A stretch of 64,000 bases of DNA. It comes from Alphaproteobacteria bacterium. GTDB lineage: Bacteria; Pseudomonadota; Alphaproteobacteria; SMXQ01. The stretch spans positions 2,704-66,703 of the forward strand of contig JAOTVC010000001.1 in the NCBI GenBank assembly GCA_029863585.1, given 5' to 3'. The stretch's first letter is position 1. Every line of letters begins with the position of its first letter. The position numbers and the translations under genes were made by a program. Shown here one piece after another: positions 19,610 through 28,733 of the stretch. Below the pieces are notes generated by a model that was given only the letters and a program-made list of their open reading frames with translations, searched no databases and was not told the origin of the DNA.

Positions 19610-20125
19610 CTAGAGGAAGATGTCATAGAGCGGGTAATAGATGAGTTCGTTGAGGAAATATTGGCCGGCCAGGCCCTTGGGGAGTTCGATCTTCAAACCG
19701 ATCTCGAAGAAGAAGAAGGTGGCCATCGGCGTCAGCAGCCCGACGGCGCCGGTCAAGGGCCAGGCGTGGTTGCCGATCCAGCGTAGGTAGAAGACCAGGT
19801 AGAGCGGAACGGAAACGTATACGCCCAAGATGTGGATCAGGCCGATCATCATGGTCAGGGATCCGGCACCGATCAGGAACAGCTTCAGCGAACGGCGGTC
19901 CATGTATGGCTCGGTGGATTGGGACGGCGGGCTCAACCGCCGGGCCCAACGCAGGATGATCCACGCGCAGCATGCCAGCATGCCGGCGCCCAGCCAGAAC
20001 GGGAACGCCCCGCCGCCCGGACCCGATCTGGGGATCCAGCCGACGGGGAGTTCCGCACTTTTCCACATCAGATAGGCGGAGAAGCCCGCCATGACGACGG
20101 CCATGATCAATTCCGCCCGACGCAT
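19610..20125 (-). CDS. tctB: tripartite tricarboxylate transporter small membrane subunit
   Basis: 171-aa ORF with 4 TM helices, positioned between tctC and tctA. Confidence 0.75.
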   Translation of the reverse strand: MRRAELIMAVVMAGFSAYLMWKSAELPVGWIPRSGPGGGAFPFWLGAGMLACCAWIILRWARRLSPPSQSTEPYMDRRSLKLFLIGAGSLTMMIGLIHILGVYVSVPLYLVFYLRWIGNHAWPLTGAVGLLTPMATFFFFEIGLKIELPKGLAGQYFLNELIYYPLYDIFL

Positions 20126-20170
20126 GGCGGTCCCCCCCCGTTCCGCGTATCCGATGCAGGCTAAAAAGGC

Positions 20171-21175
20171 CTACTTGATTTCCCCAAGGTCTTTCAGCAG
20201 CTTGCGATGCACCTCGCGTTCCTGGGTGAAGTACGCAGTCAGCTCCTTGCCGGTCAGCCAACCGGGCACCAGCCCTTTCTTAGACAGATAGGACTGCCAC
20301 TCCTTGGAGTTGTAGACCTTGTCGAAGACCGACACGTAAAAGTCCTGGGCGTCCTTTGGAATCCCCGGAGGCGCAATGATCGACCGCTGCATGTAATAGA
20401 CCATGTCGGATCCGTGGCCGAGTTCCTCGAAGGTCGGGATCTGACCCCATTTGCCCTTCAACTTGCCCTTGGGCGTGAAGCTCGCCAGCGGGATGGATTT
20501 CTTCGCATCCCAGAAGCCGACCTGCTCGGACGGGTTGTTGACGGTCGAATTGATGTGCTTGCCGATCAGCTGCTTGGCCACGGTTCCGCCCCCCTTGAAG
20601 GGAACGTAGGTCATCTTGATGCCGAATTTCTTCTCCAGCAGGGCGGTGACCAGGGAATCTTCCTGGCCCTTCCCGGTGCCGCCCATCTTCCAGCCGGCGG
20701 CTCCCGCCTTCTTGACCGCCGCGACGTAGTCCTCGACGGACTTGATACCACTGTCGCTGACAACCCAAAGCTGGAAGGTGTCCTCCGCGAGCCGCGCGAT
20801 CGGCGTGAATTTGGAAATGTCGACCCCGATGCCGGGATTGCGCAGCGGCGTCGTGTAGAGGCTGTTCAGCGTCGCCAGGATGATATGCGGGTTGCCCGCA
20901 TTGTCCTTCAGATACCTGAGTGCCTCGGCGCCCGAACCGCCGCCCTTGTTATTGGGAATGAAGGGCTTCGGGGAAAATTTGTGCTTTTCGATAATGCCCT
21001 GGATGAAGCGTGCCAGCCGGTCGGCACCACCGCCCTTGCCGGCCATGATCACGAATTCTACGGGTTTTCTCGGCTTCCATGCCGCCGCGGCATCGGTCGA
21101 TTGGACAAAGCTTCCCAGACCGAACGCGAACACCGCTCCGAGCGCGATTGCGCCCATTCCCACTGCTTGTTTCAT
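20171..21175 (-). CDS. tctC: tripartite tricarboxylate transporter substrate-binding protein
   Basis: 334-aa ORF with a signal peptide and the MAGKGGGADRLARF loop. First gene of a tctCBA string. Confidence 0.85.
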   Translation of the reverse strand: MKQAVGMGAIALGAVFAFGLGSFVQSTDAAAAWKPRKPVEFVIMAGKGGGADRLARFIQGIIEKHKFSPKPFIPNNKGGGSGAEALRYLKDNAGNPHIILATLNSLYTTPLRNPGIGVDISKFTPIARLAEDTFQLWVVSDSGIKSVEDYVAAVKKAGAAGWKMGGTGKGQEDSLVTALLEKKFGIKMTYVPFKGGGTVAKQLIGKHINSTVNNPSEQVGFWDAKKSIPLASFTPKGKLKGKWGQIPTFEELGHGSDMVYYMQRSIIAPPGIPKDAQDFYVSVFDKVYNSKEWQSYLSKKGLVPGWLTGKELTAYFTQEREVHRKLLKDLGEIK

Positions 21176-21338
21176 AATAAATTCTCCCAGTTCAACATGG
21201 ACGTGATGCTGCCATGAAACAAACCTGCCGTGGTTCTATCTGGGGCCCCTGTCTGAAGCGTGCGACCCGTTTCGGCTCGTTTCACCGTCGTTGTTACGCG
21301 GTACGAATTAATGAGCTACGCCAGGCAGTGTTTGTATG

Positions 21339-21350
21339 TGGTATACCACG
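21339..21350. promoter_or_regulatory. candidate GntR/FadR-type operator upstream of tctCBA
   Basis: Perfect 12-bp palindrome GTGGTATACCAC about 165 nt upstream of the tctC start. It shares TGGTATAC with the box at 17893-17909. Confidence 0.5.
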
Positions 21351-21425
21351 TAAAACCGCCGCGTCCTAGACGTGACACCGACCCGACACGCGGATTTGAT
21401 CGCCGCCGGCGAAAAGGGCAAGGCC

Positions 21426-21917
21426 TCAGGGGGCGACCCGCTCCCAAATCACGTTGAGTTCGACCCCGGCATCGGCCAGAAGGTTCATCACCGGACAGCG
21501 CATCTCCACGTTCTTGCGCAGCTTTTCGATCCGCTCCGGCGGTTCGTCGGTCTTCAAGAGGACCTTGAATTCAACCTTCTGAAAATGCGGCCGGACACCC
21601 CGCACCCCGCGCGATCCGCGCGCGTCGACCCAGCCGTCGCATTCGAAATCCACGCCGGTGTACTTGAAGTTCATGACCTTGGCGCAGCGGTTGATGATCA
21701 CGCCCTCGCAACCGGTCAGTGCGCAGAGCACGGTTTCCAGAGGCGACGGCGCGATATTGGTGCCGGTCTTTTCGTCGGTAACGACGGTGAAGTCGCGGAC
21801 CGTCGACACCGTCTTCGGTTCCGCTTTGTTGGTCGCCCGGATTTCGCGCACGCCGAGGAGCGACTTGTCTGGGTCCACGTCCGGCGGCAGGAAGCCGCTC
21901 GCATCGGTATCGGTCAT
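21426..21917 (-). CDS. OsmC/Ohr-family protein
   Basis: 163-aa ORF with PSPLETVLCALTGCEGV and a C-terminal VEMRCPVMNLL. The two-Cys layout is that of OsmC-like peroxiredoxins. Confidence 0.75.
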   Translation of the reverse strand: MTDTDASGFLPPDVDPDKSLLGVREIRATNKAEPKTVSTVRDFTVVTDEKTGTNIAPSPLETVLCALTGCEGVIINRCAKVMNFKYTGVDFECDGWVDARGSRGVRGVRPHFQKVEFKVLLKTDEPPERIEKLRKNVEMRCPVMNLLADAGVELNVIWERVAP

Positions 21918-22190
21918 CGTTCGGTCCTCTCTGTTGATAACCCGTGTTTCCTCTGCCGGCGGCCAGCGGATCTTCGCCCGCTCTTACGGGGTCGACGCCG
22001 CCGCAGCGGCGTCGCGATGCCTCGCTCCGGATGCTCTCCCGCGGCCATAGCTAGCCGACCGGCCTGTCCCCGTCAATCGGCTGACCGCCGGCGGGTCGGC
22101 CGGCGGCGTTCGACAGGCCCGGCCCGAGCCCCTATTGTTGGGCCCGGACGCGGCCCGCTGCGGCGGGCCCCAAAGGGAGAGGAGAGATCG

Positions 22191-22889
22191 ATGAGCGTCA
22201 TCAGGGTCTTGAGCGCGGGCGCGCCCAAGGGCGGCGTGGGCCTGACCGCGGAAGCCTTCGAGTCCGACACCGGCCATAGTTTTCAGATCAGCTTCGCCAC
22301 CGCGCCGACCATCAGAGCGGCGGTCGAGGGCGGCACGGCGGAGGCCGACGTCGTGGTGGCGACGGCGGATGCGGTCGAGGCGTTCGGGACCGAGGGATTG
22401 ACCCTGGAAGGGGCGATGACGGTGCTCGGATCCATCAAGGCGGGTGTCGTCATCCGCATCGGCGCCGACGTGCCCGACATTTCTTCCGCCGAGACCCTCA
22501 AGCAGGCGCTGCTCGATGCCCAATCCATCGTCCGCAACGAAGCGTCTTCGGGCCTTTACATCGCGCGGATGATCGAAGGCCTGGGCATCGCCGATCAGGT
22601 GAAGGACAAGACCGTGACCCTGCCGACCGGCGGCGATGTGCTGGCACATCTCGCCGAAAGCGACGTTCAGAAGGAGATCGGCTTCGGCCAGCTGACCGAG
22701 ATTCGCCGTCTGGAACCGGAGGGCAGGATCCGGCTGGTCGGCGCCTTGCCCAAGGAGGTGGAGAACATCACCACTTACGCCGCCGCACCCCTTGCCGGCG
22801 CCCGGGACCCGGATGCGGCCAAGGCCTACGTCGGTTATCTCGCCACCGACGCGGCGCGCAAGATCCTGGTCGCCTCCGGGGTGGAATAG
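22191..22889 (+). CDS. signal-peptide-less periplasmic-binding-protein-fold protein (ModA-like)
   Basis: ATG 22191 is preceded by GGGAGAGGAGAG. MSVIRVLSAGAPKGG runs straight into the first beta strand with no signal peptide. Paralog of 38959-39654. The upstream 273 aa of the ORF-track entry overlap the OsmC gene and are rejected. Confidence 0.65.
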   Translation: MSVIRVLSAGAPKGGVGLTAEAFESDTGHSFQISFATAPTIRAAVEGGTAEADVVVATADAVEAFGTEGLTLEGAMTVLGSIKAGVVIRIGADVPDISSAETLKQALLDAQSIVRNEASSGLYIARMIEGLGIADQVKDKTVTLPTGGDVLAHLAESDVQKEIGFGQLTEIRRLEPEGRIRLVGALPKEVENITTYAAAPLAGARDPDAAKAYVGYLATDAARKILVASGVE

Positions 22890-22901
22890 CGCGGTTGGCC
22901 C

Positions 22902-24224
22902 TCAGGGCCGGTCGAATTCCAGGATGTCGAAGCCGGTGAAACGGTCGACCAGATAGACCAGGCCGCGGGCGTCGGTATCGACGTCGTTGGACTGGGGCGC
23001 CGGCGCGTCCGCCACCGGTTCGGGAATGAAGTAGCCCGCCTCCAGCGGCGCCATCGGATCCTTGACGTCGACGATGCGCAAGCCGCCCGAGAACCACGCG
23101 CAATAGACCAGCGTATCCTCGAAATGTTCCTGGAACTGGTGCGCGCCGTAGCGGGTGCCCCGGGTCTCGGCCCAGGGGGTGGACGATTCCGATCCCTGAT
23201 AGATGGCCAGCGGCTTGAGGTCGGCGACATTCTCGGCGTCGAACACCCAGAGGTTGGCATGGGGGCGGCCGCGCCGGGCCTCGGCCTCGCGCGGGCTGTA
23301 GTACTGGTCCTCTTCGTCAATGGCGAGCGCGATCGTCCGCCCGCCGACCGGGAAGGGGACCCGCATGAAGGTGTGCGACGGTTCCGGGAACGGCGGGTGG
23401 TAGTTATAGGCGCCGACCGTGGTGGGCCGCGTGATGTCGGAGATGTCGATCACCCGCAGCCCGGCCTGCCAGACCCCGGCCCAGAGCTGATCGCCCACCC
23501 GCATGGCGTGATGCAGGCGGCACTCGCGGCCTTCCCAGGTGGGCACTTCGCCGCCGGCCAGGTGCTGGCCGTCCATCCACCAGCGCGAGACCTCTTGCGG
23601 CTTGGCGGGGTCGCGGATGTCGTAGATCACCAGGATGTTGCCGATGAATCCCTCCATCTCGGTCGAGATGTAGGCGTAGTTTTCATCCATGTCGAAGCGG
23701 TGGACGCCGATGCCGCCGGTCTTGTGATGGGTGATCAGTTTGGGGTCGGCCGGGTTGGCGGCGTCGAATAGCTTGAAGCCGCCGTTGGTGTATTGATGGA
23801 TTTCCGATGCTTCCAGGGCCGCGATGTTCTTTTCTTCGACCCCCAGCTTGTCCGCCAGTTCCCTGTCGCTGGGCGGACGGCCGAGCTCCACCTCCAGGCG
23901 CTTCTTCATGGGCGGAAGCTGCTCCGCCTTGCGGCCGATGCCGAAATTGTTGCGCTCCACGTTGACCGCCATCAGGCCGTCGACCACCCGCACCTTGTGG
24001 CTGTGGGATTCGGGATCGTCGACGTTGATCTGGGCGACGACCTTGGGCGCCCTTGGGTCGGAGACGTCGACCACCGAAGTGCCGAGCCCCGCCTTGTTGG
24101 GCAAATGACCGATATAGGCGTGATCCCCCGCCACATAGACCTGACCCGCGCCGGGCAGATCCAGATGGCCGAGGCGCTTGACGTTCCGTGCCAGCGGCGT
24201 GCCGTCGGCGTGTGACGCGTCCAT
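22902..24224 (-). CDS. LVIVD-repeat beta-propeller protein
   Basis: Repeated motifs: TSVVDVSDPRAPKVV, ILVIYDIRDPAKPQEV, GLRVIDISDITRPTTV and GLRIVDVKDPMAPLE. Start set at ATG 24224, preceded by GGAGG. Confidence 0.7.
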   Translation of the reverse strand: MDASHADGTPLARNVKRLGHLDLPGAGQVYVAGDHAYIGHLPNKAGLGTSVVDVSDPRAPKVVAQINVDDPESHSHKVRVVDGLMAVNVERNNFGIGRKAEQLPPMKKRLEVELGRPPSDRELADKLGVEEKNIAALEASEIHQYTNGGFKLFDAANPADPKLITHHKTGGIGVHRFDMDENYAYISTEMEGFIGNILVIYDIRDPAKPQEVSRWWMDGQHLAGGEVPTWEGRECRLHHAMRVGDQLWAGVWQAGLRVIDISDITRPTTVGAYNYHPPFPEPSHTFMRVPFPVGGRTIALAIDEEDQYYSPREAEARRGRPHANLWVFDAENVADLKPLAIYQGSESSTPWAETRGTRYGAHQFQEHFEDTLVYCAWFSGGLRIVDVKDPMAPLEAGYFIPEPVADAPAPQSNDVDTDARGLVYLVDRFTGFDILEFDRP

Positions 24225-24244
24225 GGTTCCGGCCTCCGCGTTCC

Positions 24245-25162
24245 CTAATCGAAACCGTACAATTCCTTGGGGTTGTCCACCAGGACCCTTTCCAAGGTTG
24301 CCGTGTCCCCGGCCCAGCCGCACAGGATATCGGCCAGTGTCCCGTCATTGGGCATGGCGCTCTTGACCATGACATGGGGCCAGTCCGAGCCCCAGACCAC
24401 CCGGTCCGGGGCCGCCTCCAGCAGCGCCCGGGCGAAGGGGTCGGTGTCGGCATAGGGCGCCGGCTCGGCCGAAATCCGGTAGGGACCGGTCAGCTTGACC
24501 CAGGCGCGGCCGCCCTTGAGCAGCCGCAACAGCGCCTGGAAGCCGGGGACGTCGGGATCCTGTCCCGGGCGGAAATAGCCGAGATGGCCGAACACCACGG
24601 GGGCCGGGAAATCGGCGAACTGGCTGTCCAGGTCCGGCACGTTGTCGACATGGACCAGGAATTCCACATGCCAGCCGAGGCGTGCGATGCGGGCCGCCAG
24701 CGCCCGGGCCTCATCCAGCGGCAAGGTGGCGCTGGGATCGGCCACGTCCACCAGGTTGAGCCGGGCGCCGCGCACGCCTGCGCCGTGCAGCGCATCGAGG
24801 GTCCTGTCTTCCACCGCCGGGTCCACCACGGCGACGCCCCGGGCGCAGCTCCCCATGTCCGACAGCGCCTTCAGGAGCACCCGGTTGTCGGTGCCGTAAA
24901 CGCTGGGCTGAACCAGCACCGCGCGGCTGAGCCCGAGGGTCGCCAGCATGGCGCGGTAATCCGGCAGCAGGGCGTCGGGCGGCGTATAGATGCGTGCCGG
25001 ATCGTAGTCGAACGCCGATGCCGGCCCGCAGATATGGGCGTGGCAATCGCAGGCGTCGGCGGGCAGCCGCCGCGCCGGCGGGCGGGGATCGGGATCCGGC
25101 GCGGCGCAGAGCGGCGCCGCCGCGCTCGCCTGGCTATCGGCATCGTTGGGGGGCGCGGCCAT
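24245..25162 (-). CDS. amidohydrolase-2 family protein, LigI-like lactonase (paralog of 5621-6538)
   Basis: Carries CDCHAHICGP and VVWGSDWPHV. Start set at ATG 25162, just downstream of the tctA stop. Confidence 0.8.
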   Translation of the reverse strand: MAAPPNDADSQASAAAPLCAAPDPDPRPPARRLPADACDCHAHICGPASAFDYDPARIYTPPDALLPDYRAMLATLGLSRAVLVQPSVYGTDNRVLLKALSDMGSCARGVAVVDPAVEDRTLDALHGAGVRGARLNLVDVADPSATLPLDEARALAARIARLGWHVEFLVHVDNVPDLDSQFADFPAPVVFGHLGYFRPGQDPDVPGFQALLRLLKGGRAWVKLTGPYRISAEPAPYADTDPFARALLEAAPDRVVWGSDWPHVMVKSAMPNDGTLADILCGWAGDTATLERVLVDNPKELYGFD

Positions 25163-25188
25163 GGCAGCGGTCCCGGCGGTCCGGCGGC

Positions 25189-26697
25189 TCAGGCCGCCGC
25201 CTGCTTGGCGCGCCGAAGTTGGATCAGGTATGGCACCGCAAGCGACAGCGCCAGGCCCACCCACAGGATGTTGCCCAGGTTGGACGAGAAGATCACCATG
25301 ATATCGCCCTCGGAAATCTTGAGCGCCCGCAGGAAATAGGTCTCCAGCAGTGGTCCCAGGATGACGCCGATCAGGATCGCCGCGGTATGGTAGCCCGTCT
25401 TGCGCGCGACGTAGCCGATCACCCCGAAGACCAGGGCCAGGTACATGTCGAACATGTATTGGCGCGGCACGAAGGACCCCACCAGGGTGAAGGAGATGAT
25501 GATCGGCGACATGTAGGTGGTCGAGACCACGGTGATCCGCGACATGTAGCGCGCCAGCGGCGCGATAGTGAAGATCATGATGAAGTAGGTCACCGCCATC
25601 GCGGCGAACGGTCCGTAGGCGAGCTCGGGATTGTCCATGAACAGGTCCGGGCCCATGGTGACACCGTGGTACTGCAGGACCACCAGCATGATGGCGGCGG
25701 TGGCGCCGCCGGGGATGCCGATGACCAGGAGCGGCACTAGAGTGCCGGAGGTCACGCCGTTATTGGCCGATTCGGGCGCCACCAGGCCTTCCACATGGCC
25801 GGTGCCGTACAGCTCCGGCGTTTTGGAATAGGTGCGGGACTGCTGGTAGGCGACGAACGAGGCGATGGCGGCGCCGGCCCCGGGCACCACGCCGATCACC
25901 AGGCCGATCATCGAAGTCCAGATGATGTGCCACCACTTGGACAGGGCGATGCGGACCCCTTCCATGGTTTCGGCCCAGCTCGCCTTCTGCATGGCTTCCT
26001 TGCCGCGCTGGGAGAGGATCGATTCGCCTTCGATGACGGCGAACGCCTCGGACACCGCGAACAGGCCGACCAGGGCGGGGATCAGCGGCACCTTGTCGTA
26101 AAGCTCGAGGAATCCGAAGGTGCCGCGCGGCGTCTCATAGACCACGTCGGCGCCGATATAGCCCAGCATCAGACCGAAGAACCCGGCGATCAGGCCCTTC
26201 AGCGTGTCGCGCGCGGCGATCGAGGCGATCAGGGAGATGCCGAACAGCATCACCACGATCATTTCCACCGAATGCAGGTAGAACGCGACCTGGGACAGCC
26301 ACGGCATCGCCAGCAGGGTCACCACCGTGGTCAGAAGCCCGCCGAGGACCGAGGAGACGAAGGAGATCGCCAGGGCCTGCTGGCCGCGCCCCTGCTTGGT
26401 CATGGGATAGCCGTCAAGCGGCGTCGCCGCCGCGCCCGCGGTGCCGGGGATGTTGACCAGGATCGCCGGGATGCCGGCGCCCATGCGCGAGGACGCGTAA
26501 AGCGCCACCATGAAGACCAGCCCGATCTCGGGATCCATGGCCAGGGTCATGGGCAGCAGGATGATGATGGTGTTGGCGGCGGAGAAACCGGGGATCGCGC
26601 CGACGATCAGGCCCAAGAAAATCGCCGGCAGGATGATCCACCAGAATTCGAAGTTGCGGATGAACAGGTCGACGAAGAGGCCGGGATCGAATTCCAT
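25189..26697 (-). CDS. tctA: tripartite tricarboxylate transporter large permease (second system)
   Basis: MEFDPGLFVDLF...GAIPGFSAANTIIILLPMTL and GIPGGATAAIMLVV. ATG 26697 lies 1 nt downstream of the tctB stop codon (26699-26701). Confidence 0.9.
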   Translation of the reverse strand: MEFDPGLFVDLFIRNFEFWWIILPAIFLGLIVGAIPGFSAANTIIILLPMTLAMDPEIGLVFMVALYASSRMGAGIPAILVNIPGTAGAAATPLDGYPMTKQGRGQQALAISFVSSVLGGLLTTVVTLLAMPWLSQVAFYLHSVEMIVVMLFGISLIASIAARDTLKGLIAGFFGLMLGYIGADVVYETPRGTFGFLELYDKVPLIPALVGLFAVSEAFAVIEGESILSQRGKEAMQKASWAETMEGVRIALSKWWHIIWTSMIGLVIGVVPGAGAAIASFVAYQQSRTYSKTPELYGTGHVEGLVAPESANNGVTSGTLVPLLVIGIPGGATAAIMLVVLQYHGVTMGPDLFMDNPELAYGPFAAMAVTYFIMIFTIAPLARYMSRITVVSTTYMSPIIISFTLVGSFVPRQYMFDMYLALVFGVIGYVARKTGYHTAAILIGVILGPLLETYFLRALKISEGDIMVIFSSNLGNILWVGLALSLAVPYLIQLRRAKQAAA

Positions 26698-26698
26698 C

Positions 26699-27211
26699 TT
26701 AGAACAGCCCCGCCATGAGCTTCTCGAACGGGCCCGCGGGGAACCGCGTCTGGAAGGCGACGATGAACAGGAAATAGCCGCCGATGGCGACCACCGCGGA
26801 AAGGCTGACAATCAGCAATTTTTTCTTGCCCTCGCTCAGCAGCAGCATGGCCAGCGCCAGGAATGCAAAGACCGTAAGCGTGAAGCCCAGCCAATCCACG
26901 AAGTAGATGAAAGCGATGGTCAGGCCGAGCAGCGCGAGCCGCTTGGGAATGAAGTTCTTGGGTTCCACGATGCGCCCGAGCCCAAGGTCCGCCTCGCCCG
27001 CCTTCACTTGCTTGGCGATACGGATTCCCAGCAGGATCACCAGCACAATCAGGATAGTGCCGACGAACAAGGCGCTGACCTGCGCGATGCGGGGGACGTC
27101 CCAGATCGTGTAAAAGTAATATAGCGTGAACAGGAGCGCAGCGCCGGGAAGGATCAGCTCGCCGCCGACTGATTTCTTTTCGGGATTGTCCGTTTCGTTA
27201 TCGTCCGTCAT
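26699..27211 (-). CDS. tctB: tripartite tricarboxylate transporter small membrane subunit (second system)
   Basis: 170-aa hydrophobic ORF between tctC and tctA. Confidence 0.7.
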   Translation of the reverse strand: MTDDNETDNPEKKSVGGELILPGAALLFTLYYFYTIWDVPRIAQVSALFVGTILIVLVILLGIRIAKQVKAGEADLGLGRIVEPKNFIPKRLALLGLTIAFIYFVDWLGFTLTVFAFLALAMLLLSEGKKKLLIVSLSAVVAIGGYFLFIVAFQTRFPAGPFEKLMAGLF

Positions 27212-27351
27212 TCCCCGCCCCCCATGACGCGGTGCTTTCCCGGACGGCGCCCCCGTGCCGTCCAGCGAAACTTGGTCGAAATGTTAGGCGGGTGGCATGT
27301 CCGTTTCCGGGCATGCCACCCGTATCGCTGCGGAGCAACGCGGTTCAGGCC

Positions 27352-28383
27352 TTACGACTTGCCGGTGAGCAGGTCTTTGTACTCTTCGCCGATCTTCGTA
27401 ATGTTCGCGACGTACTTCGCGATCGCGGCCTGGGACGAGCTCTTGGTGAACAGCTCCATCGGCACCTTGGTCTTCTTCAGGACCTTCTGGTAGTCGGGGT
27501 CCTTGAACACTTGGTCCGACGTGTCCGTGAGGACCTTGAAGTTGTCGGGATGCTTGTCGATGACCGCCTTCTTGATGCCGAAGGCACGGGCGCCGGCGAT
27601 CAACGGCGGCAGGTTCATGCCGAACTCTTTGTTGATCAGGACCGCCTCCTTGACCAGCTTCGGCATTGGATTGCTGTCGTCGAAGATGGCCAGGATGCGG
27701 AAGTTCTTGCCGCGCCGGGCGATGCCGCCCGACGGCAGGGCGCCGCAGTCCATTTCGCCGGTGGCGACGCCGGCCCGGGTCCGCTTGCCGCCCGACAGCG
27801 GCACGACATTGAACTTGGCGCCGGTGTGGCGACCGAGTGCCAGGATGCCGAGGGTCGCGGGATGGGCGAGACGGCTGACGCCGACCTTGATGGTGCGCTT
27901 CTTGCCTTCCTCGACGATGTCTTTCATGGTTTTGAATTTGGATTTGCGGCCGACGAAGACGATGCCCGGGTCACGGTCCATCTGGCCGAAATAGACCAAG
28001 TCGGAGACCTTGAAGCCGGTCGGCTTCTTGACCACCCAGTTCAGGACCTCGGGGCCCATGTTGCCGAACAGCAGGTCGTGGCCGTCGTCGCTGCCGATGC
28101 CCATGTACTTTTCGTAACCGACGCGGCCGGCGGCGCCGGGATAGAAGGCCGGTTCGAAATTGACCTTGAGGTACTTTTTCCAAATGGTCGTAAAGGCACG
28201 AAGGTTGCGGTCGGCGCCGCCGCCTTCGCGGGTCGGCACGTAGACCTTCATATTTCTGGAGGGGAAACCGGCGGCAAAGGCGGAGGTGGCGGGCAGGCCC
28301 GCAAGCAGGCCGGCGCCCACGGCCGCGGCGGATCCGGTCAGGAAACGGCGACGGTCGAGTTCGTCAAAATAATCGTCAAACAT
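27352..28383 (-). CDS. tctC: TTT substrate-binding protein with Tat-type signal (second system)
   Basis: MFDDYFDELDRRRFLTGSAAAVGAGLL is a twin-arginine leader, followed by the PTREGGGADRNLRAF loop. Start set at ATG 28383. Confidence 0.8.
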   Translation of the reverse strand: MFDDYFDELDRRRFLTGSAAAVGAGLLAGLPATSAFAAGFPSRNMKVYVPTREGGGADRNLRAFTTIWKKYLKVNFEPAFYPGAAGRVGYEKYMGIGSDDGHDLLFGNMGPEVLNWVVKKPTGFKVSDLVYFGQMDRDPGIVFVGRKSKFKTMKDIVEEGKKRTIKVGVSRLAHPATLGILALGRHTGAKFNVVPLSGGKRTRAGVATGEMDCGALPSGGIARRGKNFRILAIFDDSNPMPKLVKEAVLINKEFGMNLPPLIAGARAFGIKKAVIDKHPDNFKVLTDTSDQVFKDPDYQKVLKKTKVPMELFTKSSSQAAIAKYVANITKIGEEYKDLLTGKS

Positions 28384-28733
28384 GTTTTTCTCCCAGTTAT
28401 CGCGCGCAGCGCGCAAATCGTCGCGGCAGAATTTTTTCGGGACCGCTTCTTGCCAACCTCAGCCCGAACCCATTGGATCATAGGTTTGACCCAACAGGGA
28501 TATTTATTGAATGGGCCGTAGCGCACCGCCCTTGATGGCGGTATGTTCGGTTCTTCCTCGGCTCCCTTTCAAACTGCGGTTTTCCCTATTTATTTTTGTC
28601 TACCGTGGCCGCGATGATGCATCGGTCCGGGACGGGCGGTCAAGGCGAGACTTGGCGCGCCCCGCTGCGCGGTTGCGTGCGGCGCGACTCGAGGCGTAGG
28701 GTGGCCGGGTGCTGAAACGGTGAAAGATCGGGC

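Noticed and set aside
21372-22190. N-terminal 273 aa of the 505-aa ORF-track entry 21372-22889. The same issue affects 38167-38958 of ORF 38167-39654 and the fused 892-aa ORF 43769-46447.
   Set aside because: The upstream parts overlap well-supported genes on the other strand or in another frame and look like junk. Internal ATGs with good RBS give proteins that align with each other or with known subunit boundaries.
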